This document shows positions 37,283-50,796 of a DNA stretch of 64,000 nt, one piece after another (the stretch's first letter is position 1; each line of letters starts with the position of its first letter). A model generated the notes under the pieces. The model had not been told where the DNA came from. It was given only the letters and a program-made list of their open reading frames with translations, and ran no database searches. This stretch comes from an uncultured delta proteobacterium (GTDB lineage: Bacteria; Desulfobacterota; Binatia; UTPRO1), in the NCBI GenBank assembly GCA_963753325.1, contig CAVWBS010000001.1, positions 1,835,945-1,899,944 on the forward strand, in the 5' to 3' direction. Made by a program: the position numbers and the translations under genes.

Positions 37283-38764
37283 CTACTGCGGCCCGAGGTT
37301 CACCCAGACCGTCTTCGTCTGCGTGTACAGCTCGAGCGCCGCCTTTCCCATCTCGCGCCCGAACCCGCTTTGCTTGTACCCGCCGAACGGCGCCGCCGCG
37401 TCGAACATGTTGTAGCAGTTGATCCAGACGGTCCCGGCCTTCAGCCCGTCGGCGAGGCGGTGCGCCTTTTCGATGTCGCGCGTCCAGACGGCGGCGGCGA
37501 GACCGTAGCTGGTATCGTTGCCGGCGGTGAGGACCTCGTTCGGATCCTTGAACGGAATGGCGCAGACGACCGGACCGAAGATCTCCTCACGGATGATCTT
37601 CATCTCGGGCTTCACGTCGGTGAAGACCGTCGGCGCCACGAAGTAGCCCTTGTCGAACTGCTTCGGGCGACCGCCGCCGGTGGCGACCTTCGCACCCTCC
37701 CTGCGTCCGGCCTCGAGGAACCCGGTGACGCGCTGGAACTGCTCGGAGGACACCAGGGGCCCCATCTCCGACGTGGGATCCATGCCCGGGCCGATCTTGA
37801 TCTTCTCCGAGTGCTCGATCAGGCGCGGCATGAGCTTGTCGTAGACCTTCTGCTCGACGAAGAGGCGCGACCCGGCGCAGCAGCACTGGCCGTGGTTGAA
37901 GTAGATCGCGTTGGCGGCGCCCGGCGGCGGCCTGCTCGAGATCGGCGTCGGCGAAGACGATGTTCGGCGACTTGCCGCCGAGCTCGAGCGACACCCGCTT
38001 CAGGTTGCCGGCACCGGCCGCCTGCATGATCAGGTGGCCGACCTCGGTGGAGCCGGTGAACGCGACCTTGTCGACGTCGGGATGCGAGGCGAGCGCGGCG
38101 CCGGCGGTCTCGCCGTAGCCGGTGACGATGTTGACGACACCCGGCGGGAAGCCGGCCTCGTCGAGCAGCTCGCCGAGCCGCAGCGCGGAGAGCGGCGTCT
38201 GCTCGGCGGGCTTCAGCACGACCGTGTTGCCGCAGGCGAGCGCGACGCCGAGCTTCCACGCCGCCATCAGCAGCGGAAAGTTCCACGGGATGATCTGGCC
38301 GACGACGCCGACCGGCTCGCGCTTGCGTGTAGGTGAGGAACGCGCTGGCCGGGGATCGAGACCGGGATCGTCTCGCCCTCGACCTTGGTCGCCCAGCCCG
38401 CGTAGTAGCGGAAGTGGTCGACGACGAGCGGCACGTCGGCGACGCGCGCGACGCGAGCGGCTTGCCGTTGTCGAGCGTCTCGAGCTGCGCGAACTCCTCG
38501 GTGCGCGCCTCGATGAGGTCGGCGAGCTTCCAGATCGCGCGGCCGCGCTCCGACGCCGTCATGCGCTGCCAGGCCCGCTCTCGAGCGCGCGGCGCGCCGC
38601 GCTGCACGGCGCGGTCGATGTCCTCCTTGTCGCCCGCCGGAATCTCGGCGAGCGGCTCTTCGGTCGCGGGATCGTAGGTGGTGAAGCGTCTTGCCGGACG
38701 CCGCCTCGACCCACTTGCCGTCGATCAGCATCTTGCGCGTGCGGCCGCCGATGAACTGTCGCAC
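37283..38764 (-). pseudogene. NAD(P)+-dependent aldehyde dehydrogenase, about 5-6 frameshifts
   Basis: ALDH motifs [19 protein letters not shown] and EEIFGPV are present. Consecutive segments are spread over ORFs 38267..38764, 37819..38607, 37587..38267 and 37283..37831. For example, an extra nucleotide near 37918 separates ...DLEQAAAG from [13 protein letters not shown]. Confidence 0.8.
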
Positions 38765-39426
38765 CTAGGACCGACACCCGGATACGCGGACTTCATGCTG
38801 GGTTGTGCCATCGGACGTCTCCTTTTTACGTGGGTCCGCGGGCCGGATGCGGCGCACCGCGGCCGGGGCTGTGAAGATGCTAGTCAAAGTGGCCGGGCCC
38901 TGACCGTGGGAATCTCGGGTGGCATCCGCTCGACATCCCGCGTAGGAACCATGGAGGCGGACAAGACGACGTGCAGATCGAACGGGTAGCAGCTGGCCGT
39001 GGCGGACCGCAACGAGGCGCGACCGCGGCCGTTTCACCGCCTGCTCGGCGCGGAGAGCGTGGGCGAGGATGCGATCGCCCCGCTCGCCGCGCGCCGGACG
39101 GCCTCCGCCTCGGCGCGCGGAGATCGAGCTGCTGCGAGCCCGACGGCGCCGGTCGCGGTGGCCGATCATCTCTCCGCGTCGGGCGCCGGCCTTTTCGCCG
39201 GCGGCGTCGCGACCGCCGGATCACGTCTGCGGGGGCGCTAGCGCATGCGAGCTCGGTTCGCGGAAGCGGAGGGGCAGCTCTTCCTGTCGCCGGAACGCCG
39301 GCGGCCACGGCCTCGTTGCGTCCTTTCGCGCGCCGTCGGAGCGACCGGCGGCCACGCCGCGCCGCCGCTGCGCCCGCAGCGTCGTCCCTCGCCGCTACGC
39401 AGACCGTCGCGGCGCGAGCGTGCCGC

Positions 39427-39893
39427 GCGGCCAGGTCCGACCTCTACGAGGTCACGAACCTCGTCGCCGATCGGGCCGAGGCGAGCCGCGTCACTACGCC
39501 GAGACGTTCGGCCTCGAGACCGAATGCTTCTGCCCGATCGAGAGCGCGGTCTTCGGATACCGCGGCGTCCTCACGATGTTCGATCCGACAGTGCGTCTCG
39601 ACCGGATCGAGTGCGTCACCCCCTTGGACGCGGCGAAGACGATGGGCCGTTTCATGGCGCGGCGCGGTCAGTCGTCTCTACATGTGCTTCGTCGGAGGCC
39701 CCCGATCTCCGGCCGATCATCGCGCGTGCCGAGGAGTACGCGCCGCACGACTGGTCGGGCGCACCGGGCGGCGCCGCCAACGACACGCTCTTCGTCCATC
39801 CGAGGCGCTCGCCGGTCTGCTCCTCGGCGTCAGCCGCGACGAGCGTCGGCTGGCAGCTGGTCCGGCCACCCCGAGCGGGTCCGTCCGCAGTAG
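39427..39893 (+). pseudogene. Possible VOC/glyoxalase-fold protein, frameshifted
   Basis: Fragments DLYEVTNL..., [55 protein letters not shown], and [35 protein letters not shown] lie in three frames. Boundaries are approximate. Confidence 0.4.
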
Positions 39894-39975
39894 CGCGTCC
39901 GTCCACTCCGCTCGTGTGCGACGGCGCTCGCCGCGCACGATTGCGACATCGCAGACGGCTCCTCTATCTCTTTAG

Positions 39976-42149
39976 GTGCAATCCGGTCCACGTCGAGCTC
40001 GGGTCGCACTCGAGCGCCATCGTTCCGCCGCTGTTTCGTGAGCTTCGCGCGCTCGCCGCGCAACTACTGGTGGAGCTGGCAGCTCGACGGCGCCGAGCTC
40101 TTCCGCGACATCCGCCGCACGCGCTGGGACGCGAGCGGCCACAACCCGACCGCCCCCTCGAGGCCGTCCCGCTCGCGCGCCTGACCGAGCTCGACATCGA
40201 CCCGCGCTTTCGCATCCGCGCCCGCGACCTGCTCGACCGCTTCGCCGCGCGATCTGCGGACGACGCCGGCGGTGGGCGCAGACCCTCGCGCCGCGGCTCA
40301 CGCCCCGAGCGGCCGGTGGCGTACTTCTCGGCGGAGTTCGCGATCCACGAATCGCTGCCGATCTACGCCGGCGGCCTCGGCGTCCTCGCGGGCGACCACC
40401 TGAAGTCCGCCTCCGACGTCGGCGTGCCGCTCGATCGGCATCGGCCTCCTCTACCGTCAGGGGTACTTCCTCCAGGAGATGGACCGCTCGTCCTGGCAGA
40501 ACGAGCGCTACGTCGACCTCGACATCGCCGGCGCTGCCGATCGAGCGCGTGCACGGCGGCGACGGCGCAGGCGCTCGGCGTCGCGATCTCGGTCGCACGC
40601 CGCACGGTGCACGTCAGCGTCTGGTGCGTGCGCGTCGGACGCGTCGCCGCTCTACCTCCTCGACACCAACCGCGACGACAACGAGGAGCGCGACCGCTGG
40701 ATCACGGGCCACCTCTACGGCGGCAATCAGGACACGCGCATGGTGCAGGAGCTGACGCTCGGCATCGGCGGCGTGCGCGCGCTGCGCGCCCTCGGCATCC
40801 GCCGCGGTGTTCCACATGAACGAGGGCCATTCGGCGTTCCTCACGCTCGAGCTGCTGCGCGAGGAGGTCGCGCAACGGCAGGCCGCTGGCGGCGGCACGC
40901 GAGCGGGTGCGGAGCCGGTGCGTCTTCACGACGCATACCCCGGTCACGGCCGGCCACGACGTCTTCGGCGTCGAGCTCGTCGACACGCACCTCGCCGTCG
41001 TACTGGACCGAGCTCGGCATCACGCGCGACAGCTGCTGCGCTTCGGCCGCCGCCGCCCCGAGGACGCCTGGGAGCCCTTCGGCATGACGCCGCTCGCGAT
41101 CCGCTTCGCGCGCTCGACGAACGGTGTGAGCCGCCGGCACGGCGAGGTCTGCCGCGAGATGTGGCGCGACCTCTGGCCCGACCGCGGCCGACGGCGGTGC
41201 CGATCCGCCACGTCACCAACGGCATCCACGTCCCGACCTGGACGGCGCCGCGTCGCGCGCGCGCTCCTGACCCGAATACTCGGCGCGGACTGGGAGACCC
41301 GGCTCGACGATCCCGAGCTGCCGGGGCGCATCGACGCCATCCCCGACGCGGCGCTGTGGGAGATGCGCAACCAGCTCCGCCGCCATCTCGTCGCCGCCGT
41401 GCGCGCGCACGCGCACGCCCAGACGCGCGCGCAACCGGCGAGCGACCGAGACTTCATCGACGCCGCCGACGCCCTGCTCGACCCGACGTCCTGACGATCG
41501 GCTTCGCGCGCCGCATGGCGACGTACAAGCGCATGAGCCTGATCATCCATGATCCGGAGCGCATGCTGCGGCTGCTCAACCATGCCGGGCGTCCGGTCCA
41601 GTTCGTCCTCGCCGGCAAGGCGCACCCGTTCGACAGCGAGGCGAAGCGCGCCTTGCAGGAGCTGGCGCGGGTGAAGCCAACCGATGGAGCACCTCGGCCG
41701 CATCGTCTATCTCGAGAACTACGACGTCGCGCTGGCGCGCTGGCTGGTCCAGGGCTGCGACGTCTGGTTGAACCTGCCGCGCCGGCCGCTCGAAGCGAGC
41801 GGCACGAGCGGCCAGAAGGTCGTCGCCAACGGCGGCATCAACGTCAGCGTGCTCGACGGTTGGTGGGCCGAAGGCTGCGGCGCCGACAACGGCTGGGCGG
41901 TCGGCGATCGGGTCGATGGCGATCCGAAGTCACAGGACGACGCCGACGCCGAGTCGCTGTATCAGGTGCTCGAGACAGGCGGTCGCCCCGCTCTTCTACC
42001 AGCGCGACGCGCACGGCATCCCCGTGCGCTGGTTGGCGCGCGTCCGCGCCTCCATGCGGACGCTCCTGCCCGTGTTCAACACCGACCGGATGGTGCGTCA
42101 GTACGCCGCCCAGATCTACCTCGCGGACGGCGACGGCGGACCGCCCTGA
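39976..42149 (+). pseudogene. Alpha-glucan (glycogen/maltodextrin) phosphorylase, GlgP-like family, many frameshifts
   Basis: Family-typical strings are scattered over several frames: [134 protein letters not shown]. The start is approximate. Confidence 0.75.
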
Positions 42150-42394
42150 GCACGCGCGTCATCGCCATGCATCGGTGCGCGGCCTATCGTCCGGGGCGCG
42201 GATTCACGCCGGCTGAGCCGATGCACTCCAGGCCCCACCCTGGCGTGCGCTCCCCGTGTCGCCCGCCCAGAACACGATCGCGGCGTCCGGCCCGTAGGGG
42301 GATCGACCGCTCACGATTGTCGTTGCAACAACGTTGCGCGGTGGCCAGTCTACCCGCGAACGCCACGCGGGTCACCGCAACGAAGGGCGCATCC

Positions 42395-43093
42395 ATGAGC
42401 AGCCTCGTCACCTACGGCCTCGACGCGTCGGTCGCCACCATCACCATGGACGACGGCAAGGTGAACGTCCTGTCGCTGCAGATGTTCGCGGCACTGAACG
42501 CGGCGCTCGACCGCGCGGCCGCGGAAAGCGCGGCCGTGCTGCTGACCGGGCGTCCGGGAGCGTTCTCGGCCGGATTCGACCTGCGGGTGCTCATGGCGGG
42601 CGGTGCCGACGCCTATCGTCTGCTGCGCACCGGCTTCGAGCTCGGCGAGCGCCTCCTCCGGTTTCCGACGCCGACCGTGGTTGCCTGCACGGGGCACGCG
42701 CGCGCGATGGGCGTCTTCCTGCTGCTCGCCGCCGACTACCGCGTCGGGGCGGTCGGCGACTACAGGATCCAGGCGAACGAGGTGGCGATCGGCATCACGA
42801 TGCCGCATTTCGGCGTCGAGATCTCGCGCCAGCGGCTCACCCCCGCGCACTTCAACCGCGCCGTCATCAACGCCGAGAGCTACGCGCCCGCGGACGCGGT
42901 AGCGGCCGGCTTCCTCGACCGCATCGTCCCGGCAGCGGAGCTGGCCGCGAGCGCCCGGGACGCGGCTGTCGGCCTCGCAGCGCTCGACCGCCAGGCGCAC
43001 ACCGGCACCAAGCTGCGCGCCAGGGCGGCGGCGCTGCAGGCCGTGCGCGCGGCGATCGCCGCCGACGACGCCGCCTTCCGCGCGCTCGCCTGA
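42395..43093 (+). CDS. Enoyl-CoA hydratase/isomerase (crotonase) family protein
   Basis: 232 aa from ATG 42395 with [12 protein letters not shown] and GAFSAGFDL. It is intact although it sits inside the indel-rich block. Confidence 0.85.
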   Translation: MSSLVTYGLDASVATITMDDGKVNVLSLQMFAALNAALDRAAAESAAVLLTGRPGAFSAGFDLRVLMAGGADAYRLLRTGFELGERLLRFPTPTVVACTGHARAMGVFLLLAADYRVGAVGDYRIQANEVAIGITMPHFGVEISRQRLTPAHFNRAVINAESYAPADAVAAGFLDRIVPAAELAASARDAAVGLAALDRQAHTGTKLRARAAALQAVRAAIAADDAAFRALA

Positions 43094-43100
43094 GCCGGCG

Positions 43101-45852
<2,752 letters not shown>

Positions 45853-45994
45853 GCGCTCACCCTCCGCCTCGTGCGCTTAGAGCGCGCGTCGCGCCCAGTC
45901 AAAGACGCGCGCGGATGGCGGCCGAGGACGCCTCTGCCGCGCGCGCTCGACGCGCGTTGCGGCCGGTGCCGCGACGCAGTAAGAGCGCCCACCC

Positions 45995-46879
45995 GTGACG
46001 CTGGACTCGCACCCGACCGCCGAGGCCTGCTTTCTCTGCGGCGGCACGCAAGCGCTGCGCTTCGCGCTCGGCGAGCGGCGGCTGCTCTACTGCCGACGCT
46101 GCGAGATCGGCCAGCTCGCGCCGCTGCCGAGCCCGGCCGAGCTCGCCGCGCTCTACGCCTCCGAGGCGTATTTCCGGGGCGACGACGAGGTCGGGTACGC
46201 CGACTATGCCGCGCGTGCGCCGCAACACGCCCGCTCGTTCCGCCGCCAGGCGCAGTGGCTCCTCCGGCACGGCGCGGTCGGCGAGCTGCTCGAGATCGGC
46301 TGCGGGCCGGGCCTCTTTCTCGAGGAGGCGGCGCGCCTCGGCGTCGCGCGACCCGTCGGCGTCGATCTCAATCCGTGGGCGGTGGCGGCGGCCCGGGCGC
46401 GCGGCCTCGACGTGCGACTGGGATCCGTCGACGCGATTGCCCCCACGCCCGGCTTCGACGCGGTCGCGATGCTCGACGTCCTCGAGCACGTCCCGGCGCC
46501 GCTGCCCTTCCTCGCGAGCGTTCGCCAGCGGCTGCGGCCGGGCGGACGCCTTCTCCTCATGACCCCGAACATCCGCTCGGCGCTGGCGCGCGTCTCGGGC
46601 CGGCGCTGGGTGTCCCTGAAGATCCCGGAGCACGTCCGCTACTACAGCCCGCGCGGGATCCGCGCCCTTTTGACGGCGGCGGCCTTCGAGGTGCTCGCCG
46701 TGCGGAGCGCGGGTCAGTATGTGACGGTGGCGTTCGCCCTCGAGCGTCTCCGCCGGCTCCTCCCGCCGGCGTGGCTCCTGCAGCGCGCGGCGCACGCCCT
46801 CGGCGCCGGGTCCCGCGTCATATTCTTGACCAATGGCTCCATCGACGTCGTGGCGCGGGTTGCGCCGGGCGCCGATTGA
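45995..46879 (+). CDS. Class I SAM-dependent methyltransferase with an N-terminal zinc-ribbon
   Basis: 294 aa with CFLCGG...CRRCE and the SAM motif LLEIGCGPGLF. Confidence 0.8.
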   Translation: MTLDSHPTAEACFLCGGTQALRFALGERRLLYCRRCEIGQLAPLPSPAELAALYASEAYFRGDDEVGYADYAARAPQHARSFRRQAQWLLRHGAVGELLEIGCGPGLFLEEAARLGVARPVGVDLNPWAVAAARARGLDVRLGSVDAIAPTPGFDAVAMLDVLEHVPAPLPFLASVRQRLRPGGRLLLMTPNIRSALARVSGRRWVSLKIPEHVRYYSPRGIRALLTAAAFEVLAVRSAGQYVTVAFALERLRRLLPPAWLLQRAAHALGAGSRVIFLTNGSIDVVARVAPGAD

Positions 46880-46969
46880 GATACTCCGTTGCATACGCAG
46901 AGGCCACTCGGTAGCTTTTATGGGTTGATAGGCAATGAAGTCTGCGACCGATCGGAAAGGAAGACACCA

Positions 46970-47680
46970 ATGCGGATAGGCAGGAGAGTACTGTGGACGG
47001 TGGCCGGCGCCTTCGCGCTCGCGCTGGCGACGCCTGCGGCCGGCCGCTGTGAGCATGCCTCGCTCACGCTGTACGGGGGCCTGTTCGGCAACAAGGAGTA
47101 CGTGGAGGGATGGGAGGGTGTCCAGGGCGCGATCGGCGTGCACGAGTACGTCTCGCTCCTGGCGCGCATCACCGGCGTGCACATCCTCGATTCCGATCGC
47201 TTCCACGAGGGCGACTCCGGTATCGGCGAGGGCGGCCTCGGCTTCCACGTCGCCCCGAACACGATGGTCGCCGTCCTCGGTGGCAGCTACTTCGGCGACA
47301 TCTTCGATCCGATCATCGAAGGCGACTTCAGCACCGCACAGCTCATCGGCGATCGGTGGATCTACCTGCAGGTCACCGGCGTCTACGGCTTCGACAGCAC
47401 CCGATGGCAGAACTCGATCTACCTCAGCACCCCGATCTCCGATCCGGCCAAGGACGTCGTCCTGTTCGGCGGCGTCGAGAGCTACCTCTACAACGAGGGC
47501 CAGCTTCGTCGTGACGGAGACTTCGTGCGCAATCCTGATCACGGTGACGTGAAGGTCCAGGTGGGGCCCGCCCTCAGCGTCTACAAACGCTCCTGGGACG
47601 CGGGCCTGAAGGTCGGAGTCGGCGGCGGGGACTACGGCGTGTACGGAACGATGTCGGTCTTCAAGACCTTCACCCTGTAG
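46970..47680 (+). CDS. Secreted protein, possible small outer-membrane beta-barrel
   Basis: Signal peptide MRIGRRVLWTVAGAFALALATPAAG. Gly/Tyr-rich alternating-hydrophobic strands occur throughout (VKVQVGPALSVY, AGLKVGVGGGDYGVYGTMSVFKTFTL), with an aromatic residue near the C-terminus. No family was recognised. Confidence 0.5.
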   Translation: MRIGRRVLWTVAGAFALALATPAAGRCEHASLTLYGGLFGNKEYVEGWEGVQGAIGVHEYVSLLARITGVHILDSDRFHEGDSGIGEGGLGFHVAPNTMVAVLGGSYFGDIFDPIIEGDFSTAQLIGDRWIYLQVTGVYGFDSTRWQNSIYLSTPISDPAKDVVLFGGVESYLYNEGQLRRDGDFVRNPDHGDVKVQVGPALSVYKRSWDAGLKVGVGGGDYGVYGTMSVFKTFTL

Positions 47681-47709
47681 CCGGCACACACCAGAACGAG
47701 GAGAATCGC

Positions 47710-48453
47710 ATGAAGACCGCAGCACGGATGGCAGTTCTCGGCGTGACGCTGGCCATGCTCAGCCTGCCCGCGACCGGCCACGCCTACGACCATAGCCGCT
47801 ATCGCTCGCAGAAGTTCGCCAACCTGCGCCGCCCGGTGTCCTCGACCGAGCAGTTCCTGCGCCTGCTCGACGCGCACAAGCTGAACGCGACGATCGACGA
47901 CTACGCCGAGGCGCTCTACCGGGGCGGCTGGATCGATCATCAGGATCCGCAGGAGGCGCGCCGCTTCCTCGGCACGCTGGTCGCCCGCCCGAGTCAGGAT
48001 ACGGAGGAGTACCGGACCTGGCGCATCCTGCGGGAACGCCACGGCCACGGCCACATCCTCGACAACGACTGGCACCGCCAGCTGCACGAGGGCGAGACGG
48101 GATTCTTCGACCCGCAGACGGGGCATCTGGTCGTCCTGTCCGACTGCGGCAATCCCGTCGAGGCACCGGCGAAGGTGCCTCCACCGCCACCACCCGCGAA
48201 GGAGGCGCCGCCTCCGCCGCCTGCGCCGGCGAACCCCTTCCCCGACAACGTCGGACGCGTGGTTCCATTCTTCAACGCCCCTGCGGCGCCACCGGCGCCA
48301 CCACCGCCACCGCCACCTCCGCCGCCGCCACCACCTCCGCCGCCGCCACCGCCTCCTCCTCCGCCACCGCCACCGCCTCCTCCACCGCCGCCACCGCCTC
48401 CGCCACCGCCACCGCCACCGCCGCCGCCGATGCGTCCCGGCATGATCGACTGA
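47710..48453 (+). CDS. Secreted protein with a C-terminal 44-residue polyproline tract
   Basis: SD GAGGAG lies before ATG 47710, followed by signal peptide MKTAARMAVLGVTLAMLSLPATGHA. A ~130-aa globular region is followed by Pro-rich blocks (PPPPPPAKEAPPPPPAP) and then 44 consecutive Pro codons and MRPGMID*. Two hairpins follow the stop. Confidence 0.75.
   Translation: MKTAARMAVLGVTLAMLSLPATGHAYDHSRYRSQKFANLRRPVSSTEQFLRLLDAHKLNATIDDYAEALYRGGWIDHQDPQEARRFLGTLVARPSQDTEEYRTWRILRERHGHGHILDNDWHRQLHEGETGFFDPQTGHLVVLSDCGNPVEAPAKVPPPPPPAKEAPPPPPAPANPFPDNVGRVVPFFNAPAAPPAPPPPPPPPPPPPPPPPPPPPPPPPPPPPPPPPPPPPPPPPPPPPMRPGMID
48298..48429 (+). repeat. 44 consecutive CCN codons (mixed CCA/CCG/CCT)
   Basis: Counted codon by codon in the frame of ATG 47710: 1+20+20+3 Pro codons with no interruption. 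Confidence 0.95.
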
Positions 48454-48495
48454 TCACACGACGGGGCCGTGGGAACCTCCCGCGGCCCCGTTTCC

Positions 48496-48532
48496 GGTCG
48501 TGACTCGGCAACCGAGTCGCGACCCGTTTTTT
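48496..48532 (+). terminator. Rho-independent terminator
   Basis: GGTCGTGACTCGG-caa-CCGAGTCGCGACC (13-bp stem with one G-U), followed by cgTTTTTT. A second hairpin, ACGGGGCCG/CGGCCCCGT, lies just upstream at 48461-48491. Confidence 0.7.
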
Positions 48533-48582
48533 CGTTACCGGTGGCTTCGCAAACGACGCCCCGGTAGGCTCGACGGTTTCCC

Positions 48583-49971
48583 ATGGGAGCCGCCGAACAT
48601 CGCCGCGACCACCCGGGCCGCGCCGAGCTGCGGGAGCTGATCCGCCTGGCGGCGCCGGTCGCCGCCGCCGAGCTCGGGTGGATGGCGATGTGGCTCGTCG
48701 ACATCATGCTCGTCGGACGGGTGAGCGCGGAGGCCATCGGCGCCGTCAGCGTCGGTGGCAACGTCTTCTTCACGGTCGCGATCTTCGGCATGGGCCTGCT
48801 GCTCGGCCTGGACTACGCCGTCGCCCATGCGGCCGGCGCGGGGCACCGCGACGCCGTGCACCGCACGCTCGTCGACGGCCTGCAGCTCGCCGTCGTCGCC
48901 ACGGTGGTCCTGACGGTCGTGGCGCTGGCGCTCCGGCCGCTTTTCGGATGGGCGGGTGTGCGCCCCGCCGTGGCCGCGCAGGCGGTTCCGTTCTACGAGG
49001 CGATGATCTGGAGCCTGTTCCCGCTGCTCGTCTTCTCGGCGCTGCGCCGCTATCTGCAGGCCCTCGGCCGGGTGCTGCCGGTGATGCTCGCCGTGCTGAC
49101 CGCCAACGTGGTCAACGCCGCGGCCGGGTGGATCTTCATCTTCGGGCATCTCGGCGCTCCGGCGCTCGGGGCGACGGGCGCCGGTTGGGCCACCATGGCG
49201 TCGCGATGCTACGAGGCGCTCGCGCTGGTCGCGTACGTCATCGTGGAGGAGCGGCACCACCCGACGGGTCTGTGGCGGGTCTCGCTGCGACCGCGATTGC
49301 CGCAGCTCGTGCGCCTGATCCGCCTGGGCGTTCCCGCGGCCACGCAGCTCACCCTGGAGGTGGGCGTCGTGGCGACCGCGACGACGTTGGCGGCGACGCT
49401 CGATGCCGCCGCCCTCGCCGCCCACCAGGTCGCCCTCGGCATCGTCTCCGTCAGCTTCATGATACCGCTCGGCGTCGCCTCGGCCGCCGCGGTACGCGTG
49501 GGCCGCGCGCTCGGCGAGCGCGACCTCGCGGCGGCGCGCCGCGCCGGCTGGACGGCGCTCGGCGTCGCGACGCTCGTCATGCTGGCCTCGGGCCTGACGT
49601 TCCTTGTCGCGCCGCGCCCGATCCTCCGCTTGTTCACGGACGACGCCACGGTGATCGCAACGGGCGTCGTCCTCCTGCGCGTCGCCGCCGCCTTCCAGCT
49701 CTTCGACGGCGTGCAGGTCGTCGCCACGGGCGTCCTGCGCGGCACCGGTGACACGCGGACCCCCATGCTCGCGAATCTCGCCGGGCACTGGCTCCTCGGG
49801 CTGCCCGTCGGCGCCCTCCTCTGCTTCCGCGCCGGGCTCGGGGTGATCGGCCTCTGGCTCGGCCTGAGCGTCGGCCTGATCGTGGTGGCGCTCACGCTCC
49901 TGCGGGTGTGGTCGCGCCGGCTCGTCACCGCGGCGGACCGCGGGCCGGCCGCGTCAGCCCTACCCGCCTGA
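48583..49971 (+). CDS. MATE family efflux transporter
   Basis: 462 aa with about 12 hydrophobic segments. The N-terminus ELIRLAAPVAAAELGWMAMWLVDIMLVGRVSAEAIGAVSVG is typical of MATE/NorM-like proteins. Confidence 0.85.
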   Translation: MGAAEHRRDHPGRAELRELIRLAAPVAAAELGWMAMWLVDIMLVGRVSAEAIGAVSVGGNVFFTVAIFGMGLLLGLDYAVAHAAGAGHRDAVHRTLVDGLQLAVVATVVLTVVALALRPLFGWAGVRPAVAAQAVPFYEAMIWSLFPLLVFSALRRYLQALGRVLPVMLAVLTANVVNAAAGWIFIFGHLGAPALGATGAGWATMASRCYEALALVAYVIVEERHHPTGLWRVSLRPRLPQLVRLIRLGVPAATQLTLEVGVVATATTLAATLDAAALAAHQVALGIVSVSFMIPLGVASAAAVRVGRALGERDLAAARRAGWTALGVATLVMLASGLTFLVAPRPILRLFTDDATVIATGVVLLRVAAAFQLFDGVQVVATGVLRGTGDTRTPMLANLAGHWLLGLPVGALLCFRAGLGVIGLWLGLSVGLIVVALTLLRVWSRRLVTAADRGPAASALPA

Positions 49972-50100
49972 GCACGCGGCGGCGTTGCTCGCGCGCTCTC
50001 GGCGCGCTCATCTGGGCGGCGTTCCTCCGGTCGGGGGTGCACACCACGCCGACGGGCGTCGTCCGTTGATTGTTCCGGCCGCGCGTGATTCGACGGGCCC

Positions 50101-50796
50101 GTGCGCGTGCTCGACGTCACGACGTCGCTGCTCGCCACCGCGGCGCGTCTCGGTTACGGCGAGCGGGTCGGTCAGGTGGGCAGGCAGCCGGAGAAGCTGC
50201 TCGAACTCTACGAGTTCGAGGCCTGCCCCTACTGCCGGAAGGTGCGCGAGGCGCTCACCGTTCTCGACCTCGAGGCGATGATCTATCCCTGCCCGAAAGG
50301 CAGCCCGCGGTTTCGCGACGTCGTCCGCAAGCGCGGCGGCAAGGAGCAGTTCCCGTACCTCGTGGATCCGAACACCGGCGTCGCGATGTACGAGTCGGAC
50401 GACATCAACCGGTATCTCTTCGAGCGTTACGGCAGCGGCGGGGTACCGCTGATGCTCTCCGCCGGACCGCTCACGCTCGCGGGCTCCATTGCCGCATCGG
50501 GCATGCGCTTCGGCCACGGCGAGCGGCACCGTCCCGCCCGCGCGCCCGAGCAGCCGCTCGCGCTCTACAGTTACGAGGGCTCGCCGTTTTGTCGTCTTGT
50601 CCGCGAGGTGCTCTGCGAGCTCGCGCTCCCATACCACCTCCGCAACGTCGCACGCGGAAGCTCTCGCCGTGCGGCATTCACCGCCCGCGCGGGCAAGATG
50701 ATGGTGCCGTACCTCATCGACCCGAACCGCAGCGTCGCGATGTTCGAGTCGGCGGACATCATCGCGTATCTGCGGCGTACGTACGCGATGACCTGA
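50101..50796 (+). CDS. Tandem glutaredoxin-like / GST N-terminal domain protein
   Basis: Two thioredoxin-fold repeats: LELYEFEACPYCRKVREAL...FPYLVDPN and LALYSYEGSPFCRLVREVL...VPYLIDPN. Confidence 0.7.
   Translation: MRVLDVTTSLLATAARLGYGERVGQVGRQPEKLLELYEFEACPYCRKVREALTVLDLEAMIYPCPKGSPRFRDVVRKRGGKEQFPYLVDPNTGVAMYESDDINRYLFERYGSGGVPLMLSAGPLTLAGSIAASGMRFGHGERHRPARAPEQPLALYSYEGSPFCRLVREVLCELALPYHLRNVARGSSRRAAFTARAGKMMVPYLIDPNRSVAMFESADIIAYLRRTYAMT

Noticed and set aside
38765-39426. A 660-bp apparently non-coding stretch upstream of the VOC-like fragment, checked for a gene or structured RNA.
   Set aside because: All six frames give Arg/Ala-rich low-complexity peptides, and no RNA family signature was recognised. 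Given the local indel density, a broken gene cannot be excluded but cannot be supported.
47994-48791. A minus-strand ORF encoding a long poly-glycine run opposite the polyproline tract.
   Set aside because: It has no SD or sensible start context, and its flanks read as low-complexity shadow. The plus-strand gene has an SD, a signal peptide and terminators.
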